Shown here: positions 8,941-17,288 of the stretch, piece after piece
Numbering within the stretch: the first letter of the stretch is position 1
How the letters are laid out: the number at the start of each line of letters is the position of its first letter
Assembly (NCBI GenBank): GCA_964522195.1
Contig: CAZFSV010000006.1
Location: 1,408-52,310, forward strand
Reading direction: 5' to 3'
Source: an uncultured Candidatus Saccharibacteria bacterium
GTDB lineage: Bacteria > Patescibacteriota > Minisyncoccia > Phycocordibacterales > UBA9973
Length of the DNA: 50,903 nucleotides
The notes under the pieces: generated by a model
What the model saw: only the letters and a program-made list of their open reading frames with translations
The model's database searches: none
Told to the model about the DNA's origin: nothing
Made by a program: the position numbers and the translations under genes

Positions 8941-9285
8941 ATGCAAAATGATATTAATATTAAGGAATTCAATGAAGTTCCTGATTTTGAAGACACTGTC
9001 GCTTTAGTGAGAGGCAAGTATCGTGAATATCGAACCCTGTTTCCTTTTAATAAGGGTAAGGTTTTAGAAAATGCTTTTAATAAAATTGTGAATAGCGTTT
9101 ATCAGAAATTTTTACCTTTTAGTGGTTTTACCAGTAGTTTTTCTAGCTTAGAAGAGTTTAAAGGTTTTGTCTCAACAAAACTTAATAAGAAAAAAGAAAC
9201 TATAGAAATAAAGGAAATAGAAACGAACATCTCTAAAGATGTTGTTGGCGAAATTCACTGGCCAAGTTTTTGGCAAAATTGGTAA
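8941..9285 (+). CDS. hypothetical protein
   Basis: 114-aa ATG ORF followed by a strong hairpin. No family recognised. Confidence 0.45.
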   Translation: MQNDINIKEFNEVPDFEDTVALVRGKYREYRTLFPFNKGKVLENAFNKIVNSVYQKFLPFSGFTSSFSSLEEFKGFVSTKLNKKKETIEIKEIETNISKDVVGEIHWPSFWQNW

Positions 9286-9313
9286 AGTGGGAATTTTATT
9301 TCCCACTTTTTTT
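9284..9313. terminator. bidirectional hairpin terminator between convergent genes
   Basis: AAAGTGGGAA-TTTTAT-TTCCCACTTT followed by a T-run. It overlaps both stop codons. Confidence 0.6.
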
Positions 9314-9931
9314 GTTTATTTTTTTATTAGTATTCTTAGGCACTTTCTTTTTATTTGTATTTTTTAAATTATTTATTTCTTGTAGTAATATTTCCAAACT
9401 TTTTTCTATTTTTTGAAACCTGTCTTTTTCTTCATTTTCTTCAATTGCATCTTCTTCCTCTTCAGAAATCTCTTCAACGTCTTTTTGAATCTCTTCAACG
9501 TCTTCAGAAATATCATCAACGTCTTTTTGAATTTCTTCCATATCTTCAGAAATCTCTTCCACATCTTTTTCAATACCTTCAACGTCTTCTTGAATCTCTT
9601 CAACATTATCTGAAATATCTTCAACATCCTTTTGAATTTCTTCAACATCTTCAGAAATTCCTTCTACATTTTCTTGCAATTCTTCAATATCTTCAGAAAC
9701 TTCTTCTAAATCTTCACTGTGTTGATTTATAGTAATTTGTATGAATATAGCTAAATAGATGGCTTCTAATGAAACAATTGTAGTTAATATTAATAAAATA
9801 TCAGAAGCATCTACACCAAAAAAGCGTAAAGAAAAAATAACTATAAAAAATATAGTATGTACGATAAGGGAATTTGTGGAGCCAATCCAACTAGTTATTT
9901 TTTTTGAAAAATTGATATGATTTTTTTTCAT
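9296..9931 (-). CDS. DUF1003/low-affinity-iron-permease-like membrane protein with acidic heptad-repeat tail
   Basis: Two TM helices (LIVHTIFFIVIFSL, LLILTTIVSLEAIYLAIFIQ) followed by ~13 heptads of the xDVEEIx type. I trimmed the start to the ATG at 9931 (MKKNHINF) because the 10000 start would overlap the divergent gene. Confidence 0.55.
   Translation of the reverse strand: MKKNHINFSKKITSWIGSTNSLIVHTIFFIVIFSLRFFGVDASDILLILTTIVSLEAIYLAIFIQITINQHSEDLEEVSEDIEELQENVEGISEDVEEIQKDVEDISDNVEEIQEDVEGIEKDVEEISEDMEEIQKDVDDISEDVEEIQKDVEEISEEEEDAIEENEEKDRFQKIEKSLEILLQEINNLKNTNKKKVPKNTNKKINKKSGK
9452..9718 (-). repeat. coding tandem repeat (21/42-nt period) encoding acidic heptads
   Basis: Repeated units such as cttcaacgtc(t)ttt(t)tgaat(c/t)t... 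encode EDVEEIQKDVE(E/D)IS-type units. Confidence 0.8.
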
Positions 9932-9961
9932 ATTTTTAAATTTAAAATTAATCTCTATATA

Positions 9962-9970
9962 TGGTATAAT
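9962..9970 (+). promoter_or_regulatory. extended -10 box TGGTATAAT, 7 nt before the ATG at 9978 (leaderless candidate)
   Basis: TGGTATAAT-AAATTTT-ATG. Confidence 0.4.
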
Positions 9971-9977
9971 AAATTTT

Positions 9978-10988
9978 ATGGAAACACAAACATTTTTCAA
10001 ACCAAAATTTAGTATTAATTTTTTCTTTTTATCATTAGGTGTTTTAATAGGTATTATTACTTCAGTAATTTCGTTTATTAATGTAGTTTTTGAAACTTTA
10101 AATAAAAGATTTCCTGATGTTTTAAATGCTACCTATCAGTATGGTAATTTATATTATTCTTATGATAGTATTAGAAATTCTTTAGCAACTTTAATTATAT
10201 TTTTCCCGGTATTTTTATTAGTACATTATTTTTGGAATAAAAAAGTTAGAAGTGGGTTGGGTCAAGTTGATCAAATAGTTCGTAGATGGTTACTTTACAT
10301 AGTTCTTTTTATTTCTTCTTTAGTTATTATTATAGATTTAGTTACTTTGGTTAGATACTTTTTAGGAGGAGAAATAACTATTCGTTTTATTTACAAAGTT
10401 TTAGTTGTATTAATGGTAGCTTTATTTGTCGGAGTTTATTATATTTTTGAATTAATAGAAAAAAAGAAAATTTATGGAATAGCTGTTTCTTTGAGTGCTA
10501 GTATTAAAGCAAGTCTTTTTGTAATTTTAGCTATAATATTTGCTTTCTCTGTTTTAGGTAGCCCTTTGAATCAAAGATTAGTTAGATTGGATGATCAAAA
10601 AATAAATGATTTACAAAATATTCAATACCAGGTTATAAACTTTTGGCAACAAAAAGAGAAATTACCTAACAGTTTAGAAGAATTAGTAAATCCTTTATCA
10701 GGTTTTTATTTACCTGTTTCTCCTGAAATAGACAAAGGAATTAATTATGAATATAAATTATTAGATGAAAAAAAATTAACTTTCGCTTTGTGTACTACTT
10801 TTAATTTACCTATACAAAAAGGTTGGAACGAAAATAACTCAGAAATTACTCAACCCTTTCCTGTTAAAGATATAGCTGTTTCTTACCCTTATCAAGGAGG
10901 AATTAATGAATCTTGGGACCATGAAGCTGGTTATGCTTGTTTTGAGAGGACTATAGATAAAGATATTTATCCTCCCTTTGAAAGATAA
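9978..10988 (+). CDS. DUF5671-like multi-pass membrane protein with extracytoplasmic C-terminal domain
   Basis: 336 aa with ~5 TM helices arranged as in CPR DUF5671 proteins. The C-terminal soluble part (LPNSLEELVNPLSG...YEYKL...FALCTTF) looks pseudopilin-like. Call made by eye. Confidence 0.5.
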   Translation: METQTFFKPKFSINFFFLSLGVLIGIITSVISFINVVFETLNKRFPDVLNATYQYGNLYYSYDSIRNSLATLIIFFPVFLLVHYFWNKKVRSGLGQVDQIVRRWLLYIVLFISSLVIIIDLVTLVRYFLGGEITIRFIYKVLVVLMVALFVGVYYIFELIEKKKIYGIAVSLSASIKASLFVILAIIFAFSVLGSPLNQRLVRLDDQKINDLQNIQYQVINFWQQKEKLPNSLEELVNPLSGFYLPVSPEIDKGINYEYKLLDEKKLTFALCTTFNLPIQKGWNENNSEITQPFPVKDIAVSYPYQGGINESWDHEAGYACFERTIDKDIYPPFER

Positions 10989-11003
10989 AATTTATAAAAA
11001 TTT

Positions 11004-13436
11004 ATGGAAAAAGAATATAATCATTTAGAAATTGAAAAAAAATGGCAAGAGAAATGGGAGCAAGATAGAATCTATAAAACTATAAATAAAATAGAAGACA
11101 AAGAAAATTTTTATCAATTAGTAGAATTTTCTTATCCTTCCGGTAATTTACATACAGGTCATTGGTATGCTTTTTCTGTACCCGATATTTATGCTCGCTA
11201 TAAACGAATGCAGGGATATAATGTTTTTTATCCTATGGGTTTTGATGCTTTTGGATTGCCGGCTGAAAATGCTGCTATTAAGCAAGGAGCTAATCCTAGG
11301 ATTTGGACTTATGAGCAAATGGATAAAATGCGAAAACAACTTCGTTCTATGGGAGCTATGTTTGATTGGGATAGGGAAATAGTTTCTTGTGCTCCAGAAT
11401 ATTATAAATGGACACAATGGATGTTTAACCAATTTTTGAAAAATGATTTAGTTTATCGTGCTAATACAAAAGTTAATTGGTGTCCTAAAGATAAGACCAT
11501 ACTTGCAAATGAACAAGTCGTAGATGGAAAATGTGAAAGATGTGATGGAGAAATAATTCAAAAAGATCAAGATCAATGGATGCTTCGTATTACAAAATAC
11601 GCTGATAGATTGATTGATGATTTGGATTCTTTATCTTGGCCTCATGCAATTAAAGAATCTCAAAAGAATTGGATAGGAAGAAGTAGTGGGAGTGAATTAG
11701 AGTTTAAATTAAAAATTACTTCTAATATTTTGATGTCCTCGGGTCGCTACGCTCAACCAGACGATCAAAATACTAGAAGTAATTTTTCTGAAAATGATTT
11801 AAAAATAAAAGTGTTTACTACTCGTGCAGATACTTTATTTGGGGTGACTTATGTGGTTTTGGCGCCAGAGCATCCTTTAGTAGAAAATCTTTTAATCGAT
11901 GTAGAGAATAGGGAAGAAGCAGAGAATTATATAAAAGAAACAAAGAAAAAACTTGAACTACAAAGACAACAAGAAAAAGAAAAAACTGGAGTAGAATTAA
12001 AAGGAATCAAAGCTTTTAATCCTATTAATAATGAAGAAGTTCCTGTTTGGATTGCTGATTATGTTTTAGCTTCTTATGGAACGGGGGCAGTTATGGCAGT
12101 ACCCGCTCATGATCAAAGAGATAATGAATTTGCCAAAAAATATGCTTTACCGATAAAAGAAGTTGTTTTAGGTAAAATGGATGAATATGGAGTTCTTGTT
12201 AATTCTGGAGAATTTGATGGACTTACTTCTGAAGAAGCAAAAAAGAAAATTACTGAAAAAGCAGGAGGAAAATTAATAAATACTTATCGTCTGCGTGATT
12301 GGGGAATCAGTAGACAGAGATATTGGGGTTGTCCTATTCCCGTGGTTTACGATCCTGAGGGGAAAGTTCACTCTATACCCGATGAGCACCTACCTTGGAT
12401 GTTGCCTGAAGATGTAGATCACACTCCCGATGGAACTGCACCTTTGGCAAGAAGTAAAGAATTATTTGAAAGAACAGAGAAAATTTTTGGCAAAGGATGG
12501 ACTCCTGAAGTTGAAACGATGGATACTTTTGTAGATTCATCTTGGTATTTTTATAGATATTTAGATAATAAAAACGATAAAGAATTTGCAAGTAAAGATT
12601 CTATGGATGCTTGGATGCCTATTGATTTATACATGGGTGGAGCAGAGCATACTACTATGCACTTACTTTATTCTCGTTTTTGGACAAAGGCTTTATTTGA
12701 CTGCGGTTTAGTAAAAGATAATGAAGCTTATAAGGTTCGTTTAAATAGAGGACTTATTTTAGGACCAGATGGCAATAAGATGAGCAAATCAAAAGGTAAT
12801 GTTATTAATCCAGATGAAATAGTAGAGAGATTAGGAGCTGATACTGTGCGTATGTATTTAGCTTTTATGGGACCTTATGGTACCACTGCAAATTTTCCTT
12901 GGGATCCGAATGGAGTAGTAGGAGTTAGGAGATTTCTTGAAAGAGTTTGGAAAAATAAAAATAAAATTAGTAAAGAAAAAACAGCAACAGGTCTTCATAA
13001 AACAATTAAAAAAATTAGAGAAGACATAGAAGAACATAAATACAATACTTGTATTTCTCAAATGATGATTGTGCTTAATGATTGGGAAAAAGAAAAAGAA
13101 ATTAGTATTGAAGATTATAAAACTTTAATTAAATTACTTGCTCCTTTTGCTCCACATATTACCGAAGAATTATGGTTCCTTTTAGGAGAAGAGAGAAGTA
13201 TTCATTTAGAGGATTTTCCAGTTTTTGATGAAGACAAAACAATAGAAGAGGAATTAAATATACCAGTTCAAGTAAATGGTAAGGTTCGAGGCCAGATTAC
13301 AATAAAATTCAATATGGAAGAAAATGAAGTTTCAGAAATTGCTTTAAAACAAGAAAATATAAAAAAATTTATAAATACTCAAGAAATTAAAAAAGTTATT
13401 TATGTTAAAAATAGACTTTTAAACATTGTGATTTAG
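11004..13436 (+). CDS. leuS: leucyl-tRNA synthetase
   Basis: HIGH-type motif (SGNLHTGHWY), KMSKS motif present, the CP1 editing hallmark FTTRADTLFG, and a CxxC Zn cluster. 810 aa. Carries an in-frame palindromic insert at 11711-11787. Confidence 0.95.
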   Translation: MEKEYNHLEIEKKWQEKWEQDRIYKTINKIEDKENFYQLVEFSYPSGNLHTGHWYAFSVPDIYARYKRMQGYNVFYPMGFDAFGLPAENAAIKQGANPRIWTYEQMDKMRKQLRSMGAMFDWDREIVSCAPEYYKWTQWMFNQFLKNDLVYRANTKVNWCPKDKTILANEQVVDGKCERCDGEIIQKDQDQWMLRITKYADRLIDDLDSLSWPHAIKESQKNWIGRSSGSELEFKLKITSNILMSSGRYAQPDDQNTRSNFSENDLKIKVFTTRADTLFGVTYVVLAPEHPLVENLLIDVENREEAENYIKETKKKLELQRQQEKEKTGVELKGIKAFNPINNEEVPVWIADYVLASYGTGAVMAVPAHDQRDNEFAKKYALPIKEVVLGKMDEYGVLVNSGEFDGLTSEEAKKKITEKAGGKLINTYRLRDWGISRQRYWGCPIPVVYDPEGKVHSIPDEHLPWMLPEDVDHTPDGTAPLARSKELFERTEKIFGKGWTPEVETMDTFVDSSWYFYRYLDNKNDKEFASKDSMDAWMPIDLYMGGAEHTTMHLLYSRFWTKALFDCGLVKDNEAYKVRLNRGLILGPDGNKMSKSKGNVINPDEIVERLGADTVRMYLAFMGPYGTTANFPWDPNGVVGVRRFLERVWKNKNKISKEKTATGLHKTIKKIREDIEEHKYNTCISQMMIVLNDWEKEKEISIEDYKTLIKLLAPFAPHITEELWFLLGEERSIHLEDFPVFDEDKTIEEELNIPVQVNGKVRGQITIKFNMEENEVSEIALKQENIKKFINTQEIKKVIYVKNRLLNIVI
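11711..11787. repeat. in-frame palindromic insertion in leuS (AT-rich 24-nt inverted arms, 23/24 match, around a 29-nt GC-rich core)
   Basis: Left arm AAAAATTACTTCTAATATTTTGAT (11711-11734). Right arm ATCAAAATACTAGAAGTAATTTTT (11764-11787). Core GTCCTCGGGTCGCTACGCTCAACCAGACG. Confidence 0.8.
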
Positions 13437-13493
13437 GGTATTATTGTTATATAATATTATTATTGAATTATTATTACTTAAGAAAATAAATTT

Positions 13494-15566
13494 ATGTTAT
13501 CAAATATTTTAGACAAAGTTTCGTTTTTTGCTTTATTCTTTACGATGCTATTATTGCCAATTTTTATAATACCTTTTACTAGTGTACCGACTGAAACAGG
13601 CAAGGGAATTGTATTTGTTTTAGGATTAGCTATTTCTTTAATATTTTGGGCTGCTTCTAGATTTAGTACAGGTAAAATATCAATACCAAATTCAAAAATA
13701 ATTTTGGCTGTTCTATTTGTGTCTTTAGTTTCTTTTTTAAGTGCGATTTTTTCTAAAAGTATAAATATTTCTTTGTTTGGAGTTGTCTTAGATATTGGGT
13801 CTTTTTGGTATATTTTTAGTTTATCAATACTTCTTATTGTATCTTCTTTTGTAATAAATAATGAAAAGAAAGGTAGATTTATTCTTAAAGGATTATTGAT
13901 TTCATCTATTATTGTTTTTGTATTTCAAATTGCTAGATTTTTTATACCAAACATGTTAGCTTTAGGTTTTTTTACAGACAAAACAAGTAATTTGCTAGGT
14001 TCTTGGAATTCTTTAGCTATTTTCGCCGGATTAATTACTTTGATTTCTTTATTTTTAATAGAGTTTAATAAATTTTCAAAAAAACATAAGATTATTTTAA
14101 ATTTATTAATTTTAGTTTCTTTGTTTATTATAATTAGTGTTAATTATAGTCTTGTTTGGCAGTTATTAGGAATTTTTTCTCTTGTGGTTTTTGTTTTTAA
14201 ATTATCTAGTAGTTCTATCTTAAATAAAGATGAAAATCATAAAACAAATTTTCCATTATATTCATTTGGAATAATTATTATCTGTTTATTTTTCTTTATG
14301 TCTTCAAGATTTATTGGTAGTTTAGTTCCTGATTTATTGGGACTTGTTAATGTTGAAGTTAATCCTTCTTTTAGTACAACGCTTGATATTACCAAAAATG
14401 TAATAAAAGAGAATCCAGTTTTAGGTATTGGTCCTAATAAATTCAACCAAGCTTGGTCTTTATATAAACCTCTTATAATAAATCAAAGTCAATTTTGGAA
14501 TACTTCTTTTGTTTCCGGTTTCGGTACTATTCCAACTTTTATGGCTACTACTGGAGTTTTAGGAATTTTATCTTGGGTATTATTTATCTTTTTATTTATA
14601 TTTGAAAGTTTAAAAAGAATTTCTTTGTTTATTAAAAATAAATATTCTAATGATGTAGTTTTGTATTTTATTATTATTTTATATTTACTAGTTGCTAGTA
14701 TTTTATATCCAGTTGCAAATACATTACTCTTAATAATCTTTATATTTATTGGTATGAATATAGGTATTATGTCTAATAAATTAAATTTGAATTTAGACTT
14801 TAATTTCTTAGAAGACCCAAGAAAAAGTTTCTTTGCCATACTAAGTTTAGTTATTGTAATGATTCTTTCTGCTGGTTTAGTGTTTAAATATTCTGAAAAA
14901 TTTATTTCCGTATTTTATTTTAGTAAAGCATTAACCGCAAATGATATTTCTACTGCTGAAAGATCTATTAGTAAAGCTTTGATTTTAAATCAAAATGATT
15001 TATATTTTAGAACTGCAAGTCAGGTTTATTTGTCAAAAATTAATATAACTATTTCAGAAAATGAAAATATTTCTGATGAAAATAAAGTAGTTATTCAAAA
15101 TAGTATTAATCAAGCAATCACCCTTGCTTTATCTGCTGTAGAAAAAAATCCAAATAATTATTTAAATCATGAATTACTTGGTTTTGCTTATAGAAATGCT
15201 TTATCTTTAGGCATTGAAGATACTAGCCAAAAATCTATAGAAGCTTATACAAAAGCATCACAATTAAATCCAAATAATCCTTTATTAAAATTAGAAATTG
15301 CCCGTGTTTATTTCTTGGAGAAAAAAATAAAAGAAGCTCGTGATAATGCTCTTATTTCAATTGAATTAAAACCAGACTTTATTCAAGGTTTAATTTTCTT
15401 GGCCCAAGTAGAAGAACTTGAAGGTAATAATAGAGTAGCAATATCTTATGCAGAAAAAGCTTTGGCTATATTCCCAACAGATCAAAGTCTTATTGATTAT
15501 CTTCAAAATTTAAAAAATAAAATAAGTACCCCAATATTAAATACAGAGACAGAGTCTTCAAACTAA
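13494..15566 (+). CDS. O-antigen-ligase/Wzy-like polytopic membrane protein with C-terminal TPR repeats
   Basis: 690 aa with more than 10 TM helices and a large loop, then TPR-like repeats (AYTKASQLNPNNPLLKLEIARVYF...). Sits immediately upstream of murJ. Confidence 0.55.
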   Translation: MLSNILDKVSFFALFFTMLLLPIFIIPFTSVPTETGKGIVFVLGLAISLIFWAASRFSTGKISIPNSKIILAVLFVSLVSFLSAIFSKSINISLFGVVLDIGSFWYIFSLSILLIVSSFVINNEKKGRFILKGLLISSIIVFVFQIARFFIPNMLALGFFTDKTSNLLGSWNSLAIFAGLITLISLFLIEFNKFSKKHKIILNLLILVSLFIIISVNYSLVWQLLGIFSLVVFVFKLSSSSILNKDENHKTNFPLYSFGIIIICLFFFMSSRFIGSLVPDLLGLVNVEVNPSFSTTLDITKNVIKENPVLGIGPNKFNQAWSLYKPLIINQSQFWNTSFVSGFGTIPTFMATTGVLGILSWVLFIFLFIFESLKRISLFIKNKYSNDVVLYFIIILYLLVASILYPVANTLLLIIFIFIGMNIGIMSNKLNLNLDFNFLEDPRKSFFAILSLVIVMILSAGLVFKYSEKFISVFYFSKALTANDISTAERSISKALILNQNDLYFRTASQVYLSKINITISENENISDENKVVIQNSINQAITLALSAVEKNPNNYLNHELLGFAYRNALSLGIEDTSQKSIEAYTKASQLNPNNPLLKLEIARVYFLEKKIKEARDNALISIELKPDFIQGLIFLAQVEELEGNNRVAISYAEKALAIFPTDQSLIDYLQNLKNKISTPILNTETESSN

Positions 15567-15567
15567 T

Positions 15568-17250
15568 ATGGAGAGATTGTGGAAGATTTTCAATAAAGAA
15601 TATGTAAGCATAAATCAAGCAGCAATATTACTTGGTTTGTTTACATTAATTTCTCAAATTTTAGGTTTATTTAGGGATAGATTTATTGCTCATTTTATTG
15701 GTCCTGGCTTGGAACTTGATGCTTATTATGCCGCTTTTCGTATACCTGATTTAATTTTTATTTCACTCGCATCTCTTGCTTCAGTGACAGTTTTAGTACC
15801 ATTTATTGCAAGTAAAATGAAGAATAATGAAGCGACACCAGAAGCTCAAAAATTCTTAAATGATATTTTTACTGTATTCTTTTTTTCTATAACTTTAGTT
15901 TCTTTAATTGTTTTTATTTTAATTCCTAAATTAGTTTATTTTATAGCTCCGGGTTTTCCAATTGAAATACAAGAAAAAGTTGTTTTATTATCAAGAATAT
16001 TATTACTTTCACCAATATTTTTAGGACTTTCTAATTTGTTTGGTAGTATAACCCAATTGTTTAGAAAATTTTTTATTTATTCTTTATCTCCAATCTTATA
16101 TAATTTAGGGATTATTTTTGGTGTGATTTTTTTGTATCCATTTTTTGGAATAAATGGACTTGCTTTTGGGGTAGTTTTAGGAGCATTTTTTCATTTTTTA
16201 ATTCAAATGTTTGGTTCTTTAAAATCTGGTTTTTCTTTTTCTTTTTCAAATAAAATTAATTTTAATGAAATTAAAAAATTAACTTTAATTTCTTTTCCAA
16301 GAACATTAGGACTTGCTTTCAATAATATGGCTTTAATTGCAATCATTGCCATTGCCTCATTTTATAAAAGTGGATCTATTTCAATTTTTAATTTATCTTT
16401 AAATCTCCAATCAGTTCCCCTAAATATAATAGGAATATCTTATGCAGTAGCTTCTTTCCCAAGTTTGGCAAAATCAATTGCATTAGGTAAATTAGAAGAA
16501 TTTAAAGATCAATTAAAATTAGGAGCAAGATCAATTGTTTTCTGGTCTTTGCCTGTAATGTTCCTTTTTATTGTGCTAAGAGCTCAAATTGTAAGAGTAA
16601 TTTTAGGGGCAGGATCTTTTTCTTGGGAAAATACTAGATTAGTTGCTGCTTCTTTGGCAATTTTTTCTATTTCTGTTTTAGCTCAAAGTATGGTTGCACT
16701 ACTTTCAAGAGCTTACTATGCAAACGGTAATACAAAAACTCCACTTTTAGTTAATCTTTTCTCTTCAATTCTCATAGTTATTTTTGCTATAAATTTAACA
16801 AATATTTTTTCTAGCAATTTAACTTTTAAATATTTCATTGAATCTTTATTTAAAGTAGAAAATATACCTGGAACAGAAATTTTAATGCTACCTCTTGCTT
16901 ATTCTTTGGGGACAATTATAAATTTCTTAATTCAATGGTTTTTAATTAAAAAAGAATTTATGAAAAGAGAGGATTTTATAGGAAATACTTTTTTCCAGAG
17001 CCTAGGAGCTTCTTTTTTCTTGGGTATAACTACATATTTTTTCTTAAATATATTTTCACCTATTTTTGGCACTATAACTTTCTGGGGAATTTTCTTGCAA
17101 GGATTTGTTTCTGGAATTCTAGGCATACTAGTGGCTATTTTAATTCTTTTCTTGTTGAAAAACAAAGAGTTGCAGGATTTTATTTTAGCACTTAAAACCA
17201 AATTTTCTAAGAATAAAGTTATTTTACCAACAAATCCAGATATGTCTTAA
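15568..17250 (+). CDS. murJ: lipid II flippase MurJ/MviN
   Basis: 560-aa polytopic protein. The N-terminus (LGLFRDRFIAHFIGPGLELDAYYAAFRIPDL) is a typical MurJ signature. The start lies 2 nt after the previous stop. Confidence 0.85.
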   Translation: MERLWKIFNKEYVSINQAAILLGLFTLISQILGLFRDRFIAHFIGPGLELDAYYAAFRIPDLIFISLASLASVTVLVPFIASKMKNNEATPEAQKFLNDIFTVFFFSITLVSLIVFILIPKLVYFIAPGFPIEIQEKVVLLSRILLLSPIFLGLSNLFGSITQLFRKFFIYSLSPILYNLGIIFGVIFLYPFFGINGLAFGVVLGAFFHFLIQMFGSLKSGFSFSFSNKINFNEIKKLTLISFPRTLGLAFNNMALIAIIAIASFYKSGSISIFNLSLNLQSVPLNIIGISYAVASFPSLAKSIALGKLEEFKDQLKLGARSIVFWSLPVMFLFIVLRAQIVRVILGAGSFSWENTRLVAASLAIFSISVLAQSMVALLSRAYYANGNTKTPLLVNLFSSILIVIFAINLTNIFSSNLTFKYFIESLFKVENIPGTEILMLPLAYSLGTIINFLIQWFLIKKEFMKREDFIGNTFFQSLGASFFLGITTYFFLNIFSPIFGTITFWGIFLQGFVSGILGILVAILILFLLKNKELQDFILALKTKFSKNKVILPTNPDMS

Positions 17251-17273
17251 TCCTCCCTTTTTTACTAATTTTC

Positions 17274-17282
17274 TGTTAATAT
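17274..17282 (+). promoter_or_regulatory. extended -10 box TGTTAATAT, 6 nt before the lepA ATG (leaderless candidate)
   Basis: TGTTAATAT-GTTTGT-ATG. Confidence 0.35.
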
Positions 17283-17288
17283 GTTTGT

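Noticed and set aside
9355-9732. Regularly spaced repeats at 9.45-9.72 kb, and three extra ORFs in the track (9355..9732, 9406..9648, 9413..9613); could be mistaken for a CRISPR-like array or for genes
   Set aside because: The period is 21/42 nt with no unique spacers and lies entirely inside the acidic heptad-repeat CDS 9296..9931. The extra ORFs are low-complexity shadow frames of that repeat.
11735-11763. GC-rich cores of the leuS, tsaD and ychF inserts as tRNA fragments, inteins or introns
   Set aside because: They are far too short for inteins or group I/II introns (29-54 nt) and are translated in frame. I could not fold them into tRNA-like arms or match them to the three tRNAs in the window.
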